The notes: generated by a model not told the origin, from the sequence alone. 64,000 bases of DNA from an uncultured Succinivibrionaceae bacterium (GCA_944389835.1 CALXNU010000003.1:730-64729); one strand, 5' to 3'; shown: positions 1-10,089, counted from the stretch's first letter. Numbers and translations are program-made.

Positions 1-588
1 TTGGTTAATTTTATGTAGCGCGGTAATTAAAGCCGAAAATTCCTTCTTATTTAAATCTTGCATTTCATCAAATAATAAGACCCAAGCTTTTTGAGCTTGT
101 TTTAAAGCCTCTCCTATAAGCTCAAACAAACAAGGCAAATCATTTTCAATATCCCCCCCCCTACCTGCAATATCCGGGTAAGGCTTAACGCTTACTTCAG
201 TGTCTTGAGCTTTTATTTTATGAGCTAAGGCAAAAGCTCTTAAAGCCTTTAGACCTTTTACTTCAGTATTTTGGGAAGTTTTATTCACTGAACAAACGCG
301 CAAAACCCTAGCCATTTCAGGGTATAAAAGCGTAGCAAATGAGGCGTTTTTTAAGACTTCAATTTCTGAAATAATAGCCTTATCCTCCGCTGCTATCTTT
401 GCAATTTCCCCCAATAATACGGTTTTTCCAACTCCTCTTTGACCTAGAAGTAAGAAAAAGCAACTTGGCTTGCCTAAAATTGCCCTTTGGTAAGCAAACT
501 TAATTTCTTTAATAATTTCGCTGCGACCTGCTAATTGAGGAGGTGGCACTCCTGCCCCTGGTGCAAAAGGATTTAAAAGTGCATCCAT
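1..588 (-). CDS. AAA+/STAND-like ATP-binding protein, N-terminal 196 codons (rest lies beyond window start)
   Basis: Absent from the ORF track because it runs off the window. I checked the minus-strand frame codon by codon and it is open from ATG (586-588) to base 1. Translation starts MDALLNPFAPGAGVPPPQLAGRSEIIKEI. Walker A GQRGVGKT and Walker B-like VLLFDEMQ are present. The N-terminal NPFxPG...GR motif is typical of Arch_ATPase/AAA_16-type ATPases. Confidence 0.7.
   Translation of the reverse strand, partial: MDALLNPFAPGAGVPPPQLAGRSEIIKEIKFAYQRAILGKPSCFFLLLGQRGVGKTVLLGEIAKIAAEDKAIISEIEVLKNASFATLLYPEMARVLRVCSVNKTSQNTEVKGLKALRAFALAHKIKAQDTEVSVKPYPDIAGRGGDIENDLPCLFELIGEALKQAQKAWVLLFDEMQDLNKKEFSALITALHKINQ
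153..161 (-). repeat. C9 homopolymer (G9 on the coding strand) inside the ATPase CDS
   Basis: Read directly as atCCCCCCCCCta. It encodes ..AGRGGD.. in the minus-strand frame. Confidence 0.9.
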
Positions 589-722
589 AAAATTTTCTTT
601 AAATTTAAAAACTCAATCTTATTCTAACCTAATATAAATTAGGATAGATGTTAGTAGATGCCACTTACTGTTAATAGAAATCTTTAGCTACTCTTTGCAA
701 ATTTCTATTTTTCATAGGGCCA

Positions 723-822
723 TAAAAAAAATGATGCCTGATATTCTAATCAGGCACTAAAGGGATTTTCATATTCAGAAGCATTTCAAGAAGCAAGAAA
801 TTCGATGTTCTAAACTAGAACT
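723..822 (-). ncRNA. Candidate small RNA, copy 1 (family not recognised)
   Basis: On the minus strand there is a -10-like TATCTA (829-834). The body has a GUUCUA-GUU-UAGAAC hairpin and a duplicated GCUUCU motif. It ends in an 8-bp stem (735-742/749-756) followed by UCA and U8 (724-731), an intrinsic-terminator shape. No ORF is present. Confidence 0.35.
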
Positions 823-883
823 GCCTCTTAGATAGGAGAGAGTAGAAAAAGTTCCCTATTCCAAAAAAAAATTTAAGAGCTTA

Positions 884-983
884 TAAAAAAATGATGCCTG
901 ATGATCTACATCAGGCACAAGTGGGATTTTCATATTCAGAAGCATTTCAAGAAGCAAGAAATTCGACGTTCTAAACTAGAACT
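884..983 (-). ncRNA. Candidate small RNA, copy 2 (family not recognised)
   Basis: On the minus strand, TTGGAA (1013-1018), a 17-nt spacer and TATCTA (990-995) form a promoter-like element. The terminator stem 895-903/909-917 is followed by U7 (885-891). The stem top differs from copy 1 (GAUG..CAUC versus GAU..AUC) but pairing is preserved. Confidence 0.4.
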
Positions 984-1092
984 GTCTCTTAGATATGAGA
1001 AGTTATAAAAAGTTCCAAAAAAGTTAAAAAAATTTTAAATAATTTTTAAATAATTTTTATTGCTTTGATTTTAAAAATAATTTTTCTATATA

Positions 1093-1335
1093 ATGGCACT
1101 TGAGAGCTTAGGATTGCCAAAGCTTTTAAAGAAAACCTATAAAAAAATTCTGCCCTATGCTCTTTCCAATATTCCTTTAATTTTGGGACTTCCTGCGCTT
1201 ATGCTCTATCCTGATCTTGCTCCTGTCATCATACTTTGTGGCACTTTAGGCCTTATTTTGCTTATTGTGCTTTTAGCCTTTTTAGTTTTGCCAGGTACAA
1301 AAGGTCCTAATCGCTTCGGCGAAGATCCATTGTAA
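1093..1335 (+). CDS. Short DUF805-like inner-membrane protein
   Basis: 80 aa with two hydrophobic segments and a C-terminal PGTKGPNRFGEDPL tail, typical of DUF805 (YhaH/YhaI-like) proteins. It is shorter than usual family members. Confidence 0.55.
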   Translation: MALESLGLPKLLKKTYKKILPYALSNIPLILGLPALMLYPDLAPVIILCGTLGLILLIVLLAFLVLPGTKGPNRFGEDPL

Positions 1336-1580
1336 ATCTTAACTTAAACCTATCTTCTACGATGAGCTAAACTTTTAGGTAAGTGCGAAAACTTAAACTT
1401 AAAATCAAAGCCCACCTCAAGCATAAAAGCCCCATACTTTAAGCAAAGAAAGCTAAGCTTAAGTCAAACTAAAGCCAAAAGAGCTAAGCTTTTTCTTTTG
1501 AAAATCAAATTTTGCACAACTTTTTTAAAAGCACACTTTGCTAAAATAGCCGTTGGGTTTAGAAATTTTTAGGTCTCATC

Positions 1581-2741
1581 ATGGCATTAAGTACTGAAGA
1601 TTTATACGCACTCTCTACCATTAGAAATTTAGGTCCTAAAACCTTGCGGGAAATTAATCGCTATGCAAAGGATCTTGATGACCCTAGTTCCAAAAATCTT
1701 GCCCTCTGCTTAAGCCGTTGTAGAACCTTCAACTCCATAAAAAGAGCCAATAAAATTTTCCAAGCTGAAGATCTTGAAAGCTTAATTGATAGAACAAGAA
1801 CCTCTGCCTATGCATATCTTGAAAATGTAAAGGCACGCGGCGTGAGTATACTCTCCTATAATGATCCGCTCTATCCTAAAAATCTAAAACAAGCGCTTAC
1901 GGTTGACATTGAGGCTAAACAAAACAATGGTGATGACATTTTCCCCTTTGTTTTAAAAAAGGCTTCCATCACCCCTCCCTATTTGCTTTACTATCGCGGC
2001 AATATTGAGCTCTTAAAAGAAGATAGCGTAATTATTACGGGCTCTTCAGAATGCACTAGCACTGCTCGAAAGGCCAGCTTTTATCTTGGAGGACAATTTG
2101 CCAAACAGGGGCTTACTATCATCTCAGATCTTTCACCTGGCTGTAACTCTAGGTTTTTAAGCTCACTTTTAGATCAAGGTATCAATAACATTATTGCCAT
2201 TGAATCTTTAGGAATTATTAACTCAGAACATCCAACTTTAGCAGAGCGAATTGTAAAAGCAGGCGGCTTAATTCTAGCCTTAGAGTTTGCAAACTCAAAT
2301 TCTCTTAAAGAATATCACTTACGAGATCGTGCCCAATTAGAAGCCTCGCTCTCTTTAGGCTCAATTATTATTCAAACCACCCCTAATGCCTTTCCAATGT
2401 TTGCCGCAATTAATTGTCAAGCCGCCCTCAAGCCTACTTATGTGGTGCAATATAGTGATGACGACACCGAGCTTTCCCCTTTAAATACTGGCAATCACTT
2501 TTTAGTCGATAACTTTAAGTGCAAAATTCTCAAGGCAGCTCGTGATCCTAAGATCATGCAAGAGATCATCGAAAACATTGTTCAAGATCTTAAAAGAAGC
2601 AAAGAACACAATCTTTTCTCTTACCTGCCAGAACTTGAAGATGATGAGCTTATTTCACAGTTAGAAGATTTAAGTGCCATTGATCTTGTACTCTATCTTT
2701 TAAAGAAAAAAGGTCTGCCCCTTATTAATTTTACAAGTTAA
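1581..2741 (+). CDS. Divergent DprA/Smf-like protein (DNA_processg_A fold, signature residues degenerate)
   Basis: 386 aa. By eye it aligns with the DprA core: DPLYPKNLK, PPYLLYYRGNIELL, VIITGSS (for IVGSR), TIISDLSPGCNS (for IVSGLARGID), GGLILALEF and HLRDRAQL (for FpxRNRiI). Confidence 0.55.
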   Translation: MALSTEDLYALSTIRNLGPKTLREINRYAKDLDDPSSKNLALCLSRCRTFNSIKRANKIFQAEDLESLIDRTRTSAYAYLENVKARGVSILSYNDPLYPKNLKQALTVDIEAKQNNGDDIFPFVLKKASITPPYLLYYRGNIELLKEDSVIITGSSECTSTARKASFYLGGQFAKQGLTIISDLSPGCNSRFLSSLLDQGINNIIAIESLGIINSEHPTLAERIVKAGGLILALEFANSNSLKEYHLRDRAQLEASLSLGSIIIQTTPNAFPMFAAINCQAALKPTYVVQYSDDDTELSPLNTGNHFLVDNFKCKILKAARDPKIMQEIIENIVQDLKRSKEHNLFSYLPELEDDELISQLEDLSAIDLVLYLLKKKGLPLINFTS

Positions 2742-2874
2742 TTTTCCATTATTTTGGATAAATTTAAAAAGTCGTGCAATTTTCTGTGTTATCTTCACAA
2801 AAGTCGTCCAACTTTTGCAATTAAACCTACAAAAAGTGGCGCGACTTTATGTGTGTCTTTTTATTTATTTGATT

Positions 2875-4269
2875 TTAAATCAAATTTTCTTTTAGATAGC
2901 GCTTATTCTTAAGATCAAAGATTTTAAGGGCAAAGCAAGGCTTGTTTAAAGCTAATTTTTCACAAGAAAATAAAGCACCTAAAGCTAAAACTTGCGCTTT
3001 ATCATCTTCAATTAAAGGTACAGCCTGTCTTTGCCACAAAGGGATTTCATAGAAAGCAAAGAGCTTTTTAAGCTCCCGCGAGTGCTGGCGCTTATAAGGT
3101 TTTAAGCGTATCGAGCCTTTTTTATTAAAATCTAAAGTGACACTTTCTTCATCACAATTAAAGGCCCCCTCTACAGCATCGCTTAAATTCAAGCGCTCAA
3201 TTTGATAAGAAAAATCCTTTAAAACTAAGCCCTCACCAAACTTTTCACCATCTTTAGGAAGCTTTATGCTAAAAGTGCCACTTTCTTGGGCGAGACTTTC
3301 TTTTAACACATAGAGCTTATCTCTAAAGCGTTTTATAAGATAAGGGCCCAAATTAATTTGCCCTTCTTGATCTGCTGAGCCTTGAAGGAGATTTAAACTC
3401 TCTTTTACTTGTGAAAAATCAGGGGCCAGGCCTGTACAGGTGACTAAAAACTTGCGAATTAAGCTTAATAATAAGGCCTCATCGTTTAGGTTTAAATTTT
3501 TAACCTCCAAAAATCCTTCACTTTCATTAATATAGCGATAAGCATAATCTTCAAGATAGCGCTCTGCTAACTCATGCTCTAAGGCACAAAGTTTTGCCGA
3601 GCGTAAGATGGCCTCATCAATACCTGAGAATCTCTCCCTAAGTAAGGGTAGGACCTTGAGGCGCACAAAATTGCGCTCAAATTTTAAATAGGTATTTGAG
3701 ATATCAAAGACAAAATCATAACCTAAGGCTTTTAAGATCTCCTCAATCTCAGTTTTGTGTAGATCTAAAAGGGGTCTTAAAATCGTTCCGCGCTCATCTT
3801 TGGTTAAAGTTTGCATATTCGCAAGGCCCTTAGGACCAGAGCCTCTTTTTAAAGCTAATAAAAAGCCTTCGATGACATCATCTGCTTGATGGCCTAAGAC
3901 TAAATAGCCTTGTTTGCCACTTACCTCAAGTAAGGCGCGATAGCGCTCTTGACGCGAGCTGTCTTCAGGGGAAATGCGATTTTGATAGACGATATTAAGC
4001 TTTGGAGTAATTAAAGGCACCCCTAAGTTTTCACAAAACTTTTTACAGTGGGAAAGCCAAATTGGATCATCTGCATCTAAGCCGTGAATACAGTGCACGA
4101 CGGTGACTTTAAAGTTTTTGTCTAAATCTTGGAGTTTTTTGGCAATTAAAAGGGCTAAGGTTGAATCTGCCCCTCCTGAAAATCCCACGGTTAAAGGGGC
4201 GCTTTTTAAACTTAAAGAGAGCTTATAAGCTCTCTTTTCAATAAACTCTTGGGCTTTTTTAAGTTGCAT
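2875..4269 (-). CDS. tilS: tRNA(Ile)-lysidine synthetase
   Basis: 464 aa with the PP-loop motif GFSGGADST near the N-terminus. It follows accA as in enteric and Vibrio synteny. Confidence 0.9.
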   Translation of the reverse strand: MQLKKAQEFIEKRAYKLSLSLKSAPLTVGFSGGADSTLALLIAKKLQDLDKNFKVTVVHCIHGLDADDPIWLSHCKKFCENLGVPLITPKLNIVYQNRISPEDSSRQERYRALLEVSGKQGYLVLGHQADDVIEGFLLALKRGSGPKGLANMQTLTKDERGTILRPLLDLHKTEIEEILKALGYDFVFDISNTYLKFERNFVRLKVLPLLRERFSGIDEAILRSAKLCALEHELAERYLEDYAYRYINESEGFLEVKNLNLNDEALLLSLIRKFLVTCTGLAPDFSQVKESLNLLQGSADQEGQINLGPYLIKRFRDKLYVLKESLAQESGTFSIKLPKDGEKFGEGLVLKDFSYQIERLNLSDAVEGAFNCDEESVTLDFNKKGSIRLKPYKRQHSRELKKLFAFYEIPLWQRQAVPLIEDDKAQVLALGALFSCEKLALNKPCFALKIFDLKNKRYLKENLI

Positions 4270-4272
4270 AAA

Positions 4273-5226
4273 TTAGCAATAACCATAGCCCATTAAACGC
4301 TGATAACGCTCTTCAATTAATCTCTCACGTGGCATACCACGCAAAACTTGAAGATCTTCTAAAATTCTTTGCTTCAAGTTTAAGGCAGTCTCATCGTAAT
4401 CACGATGTGCGCCACCTAATGGCTCTGACACCACATTATCAATAAGACCTAAAGATTTAATCTTATTGGCAGTAATATTCATCGCCTCAGCTGCAAGTGG
4501 GGCTTTTTCAGCGCTCTTCCACAAAATTGAGGCGCAACCTTCAGGGGAGATCACAGAATATGTGGCATATTGCAACATATTTACGCGATCACCAACACCA
4601 ATTGCTAGTGCGCCACCTGAGCCACCTTCACCAATTACGGTGCAAACAATTGGCACTTTAAGCTCAGACATTAACTTTAAGCTCTCGGCAATGGCACCTG
4701 CCTGTGATCTTTCCTCAGCGCCAACTCCTGGGTAAGCACCTGGGGTGTCAATAAAGGTGATAATTGGCAAATCAAAGCGCTCGGCAAGCTTCATTAAACG
4801 CATAGCTTTGCGATAGCCTTCAGGGCGTGGCATACCAAAGTTTCTTAAAGTTCTCTCTTTTACATCACGTCCTTTTTGATGACCAATTACCATGACCGGT
4901 AATCCCTCAAGACGTGCTAAACCTCCGACAATGGCTTTATCATCGGCAAAGGCACGATCTCCTGAAAGCTCATGAAAATCGGTAAACATGCGCTCAATAT
5001 AATCTAAGCTGTATGGGCGCATCGGATGGCGGGAGAGCTGTGAAATCTGCCAGGAGCTTAAGGAAGAATAAATCTTCTTGGTAAGCTCTAAATTCTTTTT
5101 CTCAAGCTGAGCTAATTCCTTGGATAAATCAACATCAGAAGTGCTGGCGCTTAATCTTTTTAGCTCCTCAATGTGAGCAAGTAAATCAGCAATCGGTTGT
5201 TCAAAATCCAGGTAATTGATATTCAT
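4273..5226 (-). CDS. accA: Acetyl-CoA carboxylase carboxyltransferase alpha subunit
   Basis: 317 aa with full-length similarity to AccA, including [16 protein letters not shown]. Confidence 0.95.
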   Translation of the reverse strand: MNINYLDFEQPIADLLAHIEELKRLSASTSDVDLSKELAQLEKKNLELTKKIYSSLSSWQISQLSRHPMRPYSLDYIERMFTDFHELSGDRAFADDKAIVGGLARLEGLPVMVIGHQKGRDVKERTLRNFGMPRPEGYRKAMRLMKLAERFDLPIITFIDTPGAYPGVGAEERSQAGAIAESLKLMSELKVPIVCTVIGEGGSGGALAIGVGDRVNMLQYATYSVISPEGCASILWKSAEKAPLAAEAMNITANKIKSLGLIDNVVSEPLGGAHRDYDETALNLKQRILEDLQVLRGMPRERLIEERYQRLMGYGYC

Positions 5227-5298
5227 AGAAAACTTCCTCGACGACCGTGATAAGGCCTATTTATCTAATTTAGCGCAAATTAAGACTTTATGCTAGCT

Positions 5299-6234
5299 TC
5301 ACAAAGCATGATCTGCCTCTCTTCTTTTTAAAAGCTCACGCACCGGGCGATAGCTTTTACGATAACAAGGCAAAATCGGCAAATGCTCTAAAGCCTCTAA
5401 GTGAGCTTTAGTAGGATAACCTTTGTGTTTGGCAAAACCGTATTGAGGGTAGAGCTTATCTAATTCATAAAGCTCCCTGTCCCGCTCAACTTTAGCTAAA
5501 ATTGAGGCTGCGGCAATCTCTTCAACTTTTGCATCTCCCTTAACTACTGCCTCACAGGCTAGAGGAAGATTAGGCGGGACTTTATTGCCATCTACTAATA
5601 ATAAATTACATTCAACGCCCATAGCAAAGTAAGCGCGGCGCATCGCCTCTAAGGCGGCATGTAAAATATTTAAATTATCAATTTCCTCGGGACTACACTT
5701 GCCAATCCCAAAGGCAAGAGCCTTCTCTTTAATCTCAATTTCCAAAGCCTCACGCTTTTTTTCAGTAAGCTTTTTAGAATCATTTAAGCCTAAGATGGGA
5801 TTTTTAGGATCTAAAAGCACACAGGCTGCCACCACATTGCCCATTAAAGGCCCGCGCCCTGCCTCATCAGCCCCACAAACTAAATAAAGGCTTTTATCTA
5901 CCGGATAGATATAATCAAAGCTTGTGGGCTTGAAGGTAACTTTGCGTGAAGGCTTTTTTCCCTGTTCTTTAAATGAGGGGCCCTGATCCTCAAAAGATAA
6001 ATTATTTAAGTCCTCGTTTAAATTATCTTTTACCCCTTCGCTTAAAGCTTGAGATGCTTGTAAGTCTTGAGTCTTAATCTTGGACTTAACTTTACTTTTC
6101 CCCTCAAGCTTTTGAGGATTAGTTAAGCTTACTAACTTTGAGACTTGCGTAAAATCTTGATTGTCCTCTGTTAGCTCCTGCCCCTCTAAAGGCGCAAATA
6201 GATCTAAACTTTCAAGTGTCTTTTTCTTAACCAT
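5299..6234 (-). CDS. rnhB: Ribonuclease HII with ~110-aa low-complexity N-terminal extension
   Basis: The RNase HII core starts at ..[23 protein letters not shown] (about residue 120). No in-frame ATG, GTG or TTG lies closer to the core, so the extension appears to be translated. Confidence 0.88.
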   Translation of the reverse strand: MVKKKTLESLDLFAPLEGQELTEDNQDFTQVSKLVSLTNPQKLEGKSKVKSKIKTQDLQASQALSEGVKDNLNEDLNNLSFEDQGPSFKEQGKKPSRKVTFKPTSFDYIYPVDKSLYLVCGADEAGRGPLMGNVVAACVLLDPKNPILGLNDSKKLTEKKREALEIEIKEKALAFGIGKCSPEEIDNLNILHAALEAMRRAYFAMGVECNLLLVDGNKVPPNLPLACEAVVKGDAKVEEIAAASILAKVERDRELYELDKLYPQYGFAKHKGYPTKAHLEALEHLPILPCYRKSYRPVRELLKRREADHAL

Positions 6235-6238
6235 AAGT

Positions 6239-7696
6239 TTAGATCCTAGGCTTTTGATGGGGACGAAATGGAGAGGAGGCGCTCTCTTTTGTCGAGTCTT
6301 TTTTAGACTCTACTTTATCTTTTAGATTAGACTCTAAAGACTTTGTCTTGGCGCTTTTATTATCTAAAGTTTTTTCATCTTGTACAAAGTTTTGATAAGA
6401 CTCTTTTTCATTATCAAGCGGGGCTAAAAGCGCCTCTAAATCGGCATTGACACTCTCTTTGCTCTCACGCTTTTTAATTTGCTCAAGCTCTTTTGCAAAA
6501 CGCTCTAAAACTTGACTGTCGCCACTTTGCTTCTCCAAGATTAAAGAGAACACCGCGCGGGCTGCAAGTTCATCTGAGTTTAAGCGGATCTTGCGATGCA
6601 AACTCATAAATTCCTTTTTCATTAAAAGATTATCGGAATTTAAAAGTTTCACCATTTCACGGGCTAATTCTTCTTCAGTGCAATGCTCTTGAATGTATTC
6701 ATTAACAATTCTGCGCCCGGCAAGTAAGTTTGGCAGTGAATACATATCAACTTTCAAAAGCTTACGCCCAAGTGCTGCCGTAAGTGGATTTACCTTGTAG
6801 GCAACTGCCATCGGGCATTTAACAAGCATCGCCTCAAAGGCTACCGTCCCTGATGTTAAAAGCACCGCATCACAGGAGGCCATTACATCTTGAGCGCTTT
6901 GCGTGAAAATGGTAAGGGACAGATCTGGAGCGTTGGCAAGCCAGAGATCTTTTAACAATACCGCTTTTTCATGCGAGGGGGTAGCTGAGATAAACACCAC
7001 CTCGGGCATACGCTTTTTAATAAGGCGCGCGGCTCTTGCAAAAACTGGCACCATGCGCGTAAGCTCACCTTTTCTTGAGCCTGCCATAATGCCCATCACC
7101 TTACCTTTTACCTCTTCAATAGATTGCGAGTAAAGGCCAATGCGCGCTCTTGCCTCTTCGATGTCATTTTCAAGAGGAATTTTGGAGGCTAGAGTATGTC
7201 CTACATAGGTACAGGACATATGCTCTTTGTCATACCACTCTTTTTCAAAGGGCAATAAAGCTAAAACCGTATCACAGGCGCGTCTTATTTTCTTAAGCCG
7301 CCCCTCACGCCAGGCCCACACTGAAGGACTTACATAATGGACCGCAGGAATTCCTGCTTCTTTGACCTTCATCTCCACTGATAAATTAAAATCTGGAGCA
7401 TCAATGCCAATCATGACACAAGGGCGAGCGGAGATAATTGACTGCGTGATAGCTTTGCGAATTTTTAAAATGGGTACTAAATGGGAGAGTACCTCGACGA
7501 TCCCCATCACTGAGAGATCATCCATATTAAATGAGGACACCAAGCCCTTGGAGATCATCTTAGGACCTCCAATCCCCATAAATTGAGCTTTAGGATCGTG
7601 GCGCAAGATAGCTTGCATTAAACCTGCGCCCAAAGTATCCCCAGAGGCCTCGCAGGCGACTAGGGCATAAAGATGACGATTAAAATTATCTGGCAT
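6239..7696 (-). CDS. lpxB: Lipid-A-disaccharide synthase with ~95-aa charged C-terminal extension
   Basis: 485 aa versus about 380 for typical LpxB. The N-terminus [15 protein letters not shown] and the lpxA-lpxB-rnhB order support the call. The tail is K/E/S/D-rich. Confidence 0.9.
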   Translation of the reverse strand: MPDNFNRHLYALVACEASGDTLGAGLMQAILRHDPKAQFMGIGGPKMISKGLVSSFNMDDLSVMGIVEVLSHLVPILKIRKAITQSIISARPCVMIGIDAPDFNLSVEMKVKEAGIPAVHYVSPSVWAWREGRLKKIRRACDTVLALLPFEKEWYDKEHMSCTYVGHTLASKIPLENDIEEARARIGLYSQSIEEVKGKVMGIMAGSRKGELTRMVPVFARAARLIKKRMPEVVFISATPSHEKAVLLKDLWLANAPDLSLTIFTQSAQDVMASCDAVLLTSGTVAFEAMLVKCPMAVAYKVNPLTAALGRKLLKVDMYSLPNLLAGRRIVNEYIQEHCTEEELAREMVKLLNSDNLLMKKEFMSLHRKIRLNSDELAARAVFSLILEKQSGDSQVLERFAKELEQIKKRESKESVNADLEALLAPLDNEKESYQNFVQDEKTLDNKSAKTKSLESNLKDKVESKKDSTKESASSPFRPHQKPRI

Positions 7697-8484
7697 TAGC
7701 GAACAATTCCGCGCCCGTGTTCACGCAAGAAATCAACAAGAGGTTTTACACAATCAAACTCTAAGGCAAGCTCTTCTAACTTGACGATGGCTTCCTCTAA
7801 AGTGTTGTGCTTGTGATAAATAATCATATAGGCCTTGCGAATAGCGGCAATTTGCGCCTCGCTAAAGCCACGGCGGGCAAGTCCTACTTTATTAATGCCA
7901 CAGGCTTTAGCATAGTGTCCTGCTGCCATCACATAAGGTGGCACATCCATATTTAAGGCTGCCATGCCAGCGACAAAGGCATGAGATCCCACACGCCCGA
8001 ACTGATGGATGGCAGACAAACCACCAAAAATCACATAATCACCAATTGTGACGTGACCTGCAAGCGTTGCATTATTGGCAAAAATACAATGATCGCCTAT
8101 GATGCAATCGTGAGCTACGTGGGAGTTGACCATAAAAAGATTATGGGAGCCAACCACTGTCTTACCATTGCCTTGCACGGTACCTCTGTGCATCGTGCAA
8201 TGCTCACGAATGGTATTATCATCACCGATATAAAGTTCGGTGGGTTCGTTTTTATACTTAAGATCTTGGCAACCCTCACCAATTGATGAAAATTGATAGA
8301 TATGATTGCGCTTGCCAATAAAGGTCGGTCCTCTTAAGACACAGAAAGGCTCAATGATCGTCTCTTCACCAATTACCACCTTACCTTCAATGATAACGTG
8401 ATCATGAATAATGACGCGTGGACCAATTTGTGCCTCAGCACTTATCTTGGCACTTTCACTTATTACCGCACTGCTATCGATCAC
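7696..8484 (-). CDS. lpxA: UDP-N-acetylglucosamine acyltransferase
   Basis: 262 aa with hexapeptide-repeat left-handed beta-helix sequence. Its stop overlaps the lpxB start by 1 nt. Confidence 0.95.
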   Translation of the reverse strand: MIDSSAVISESAKISAEAQIGPRVIIHDHVIIEGKVVIGEETIIEPFCVLRGPTFIGKRNHIYQFSSIGEGCQDLKYKNEPTELYIGDDNTIREHCTMHRGTVQGNGKTVVGSHNLFMVNSHVAHDCIIGDHCIFANNATLAGHVTIGDYVIFGGLSAIHQFGRVGSHAFVAGMAALNMDVPPYVMAAGHYAKACGINKVGLARRGFSEAQIAAIRKAYMIIYHKHNTLEEAIVKLEELALEFDCVKPLVDFLREHGRGIVR

Positions 8485-8538
8485 AAAAAGCTCCTTCTTC
8501 TAAGATCTTATATTAAAAAACCCACTAAACTTTTAAGC

Positions 8539-9006
8539 TTAGCTCTTTCTTTTTGCGCACATTAAATCTGCACTGCAGACAATCTCACCGTTAACAGTAG
8601 CAACCCCCTTGAAGGCGGCAATACCACGCTTTTCTTTTAAGTATTCAACATCAAGAATAAGCTGATCACCTGGAACTACCGGGCGCTTAAAACGGGCATT
8701 ATCAATTGAGGCAAAATAATAAAGCTCACCTGGCTCTGGCTTTCCAACCATAGTAAAAGCTAAAACGCCGGTGGCCTGTGCCATAGCCTCTAAAATTAAC
8801 ACTCCAGGGAGGACGGGCTTTCCTGGAAAGTGACCTTGGAAGAAAGGCTCATTAAAGGAAACATTCTTCACCGCTTTTAAGGTCTTGTGCTCATCAGTAA
8901 TTTGATAATCTAAAACCATATCGACCATTAAAAATGGATAACGATGCGGTAAAAGAGACATAATCTCCTCAATATCCAAAGTCTTCTTTACGCTTTCTTC
9001 ACTCAT
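8539..9006 (-). CDS. fabZ: 3-hydroxyacyl-ACP dehydratase
   Basis: 155 aa with the hot-dog motif [19 protein letters not shown]. Confidence 0.95.
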   Translation of the reverse strand: MSEESVKKTLDIEEIMSLLPHRYPFLMVDMVLDYQITDEHKTLKAVKNVSFNEPFFQGHFPGKPVLPGVLILEAMAQATGVLAFTMVGKPEPGELYYFASIDNARFKRPVVPGDQLILDVEYLKEKRGIAAFKGVATVNGEIVCSADLMCAKRKS

Positions 9007-9013
9007 AAAACAC

Positions 9014-10063
9014 CTATTTGTCTTCTTCCTGAAACTTTGCCACGAGAGTCTTAAGTTCTTTTAACTCCTTTTCCATGGCATTAACCTTATGGTACATATC
9101 ATTAATATGTAAAACCCTTGAGGCTGTAATGCGCCATTCTTTATTAGTCTGTGCCGGAATGCCGGAAGAATAGACGCCAGGCTTGTCTATAGATCTCATC
9201 ACCATACACATTCCTGAAATCGTCACCATATCACAGATCTTAATATGGCCATTAAATACCGAAGTTCCGCCTATAATACAGAATTTGCCAATTGTAACAC
9301 TTCCGGCAAAGACTGTACCACCTGCAATTGCGGTACCGTATCCAATATGCACATTGTGCGCAACCTGACAGAGATTATCAATGATAACATTATCTTCAAT
9401 AATGGTATCATCTAAAGCACCACGATCTATACAAGTGCATGCGCCAATTTCGACAAAGTTACCTACCTTTACGGTGCCAGTTTGCGGGATCTTAAGCCAT
9501 TTACCATTTTCATTAGCATAGCCAAAACCATCGCCACCTATCACAGTGCCAGATTGAATTAGACAATGCTCACCAATCTCAACTCCATGGTAAATTGAAA
9601 CATTAGGATAGATCTTAGTATAAGAGCCGATCTTAGCTTTAGGGCCTATGACGCAGTTTGCGGCAATTTGTACATTAGAGCCAATTACAGCCCCATCCAT
9701 AATCACCACATTCTCACCTAAGGCGACATTCTCACCTAAGGTTGCTGTGGATGCGACCTTGGCACTTTGTGAAACCCCCACTGCAACAGGTGGGGTCGTA
9801 TCTAGAAGTTGCGCGACTTTAGCAAAACCCACATAAGGATCTTTTAAGACTAAAGCTTGAGATTTTACATGTGGGGCATCCTCTTCTTTGACGATAACAG
9901 CCCCTGCTTTTGAGCTTTCTAAGACTTCCTTGTAGCGTGAGTCTGAAAGAAAGCTTATCTCATTTTGAGAAGCAGTTTTTAAATTAGCGACTTTGACAAT
10001 ATCAATCTGCCCATCGCCTATAAGTTTCGCGCCAAGTTTTTGCGCAATTTCTAGAAGTTTCAA
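9014..10063 (-). CDS. lpxD: UDP-3-O-acylglucosamine N-acyltransferase
   Basis: 349 aa with many hexapeptide repeats, positioned between skp and fabZ. Confidence 0.93.
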   Translation of the reverse strand: MKLLEIAQKLGAKLIGDGQIDIVKVANLKTASQNEISFLSDSRYKEVLESSKAGAVIVKEEDAPHVKSQALVLKDPYVGFAKVAQLLDTTPPVAVGVSQSAKVASTATLGENVALGENVVIMDGAVIGSNVQIAANCVIGPKAKIGSYTKIYPNVSIYHGVEIGEHCLIQSGTVIGGDGFGYANENGKWLKIPQTGTVKVGNFVEIGACTCIDRGALDDTIIEDNVIIDNLCQVAHNVHIGYGTAIAGGTVFAGSVTIGKFCIIGGTSVFNGHIKICDMVTISGMCMVMRSIDKPGVYSSGIPAQTNKEWRITASRVLHINDMYHKVNAMEKELKELKTLVAKFQEEDK

Positions 10064-10089
10064 CTAAAGATCCTCCTAAGGGCTAAAAA

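Larger units (their letters stand above)
722..1016. repeat. Two direct copies of a ~134-bp unit (722-855 and 883-1016, period ~161 bp)
   Basis: The core gggattttcatattcagaagcatttcaagaagcaagaaattcgaYgttctaaactagaactgYctcttagata is almost identical in both copies. It lies in the 500-bp gap between the ATPase gene and the DUF805 gene. Confidence 0.9.

Noticed and set aside
852-1018. GGAAC-containing sequences upstream of the sRNA-like units, considered as sigma54 promoters.
   Set aside because: There is no TGGCAC and no GC at the -12 position. A sigma70-like TTGGAA-17-TATCTA fits better for copy 2.
1093-1335. The DUF805-like gene considered as a truncated pseudogene.
   Set aside because: The ORF is intact with start, two TM segments and the family's C-terminal GxNRFGxDP tail. 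Its shortness alone is insufficient evidence for decay.
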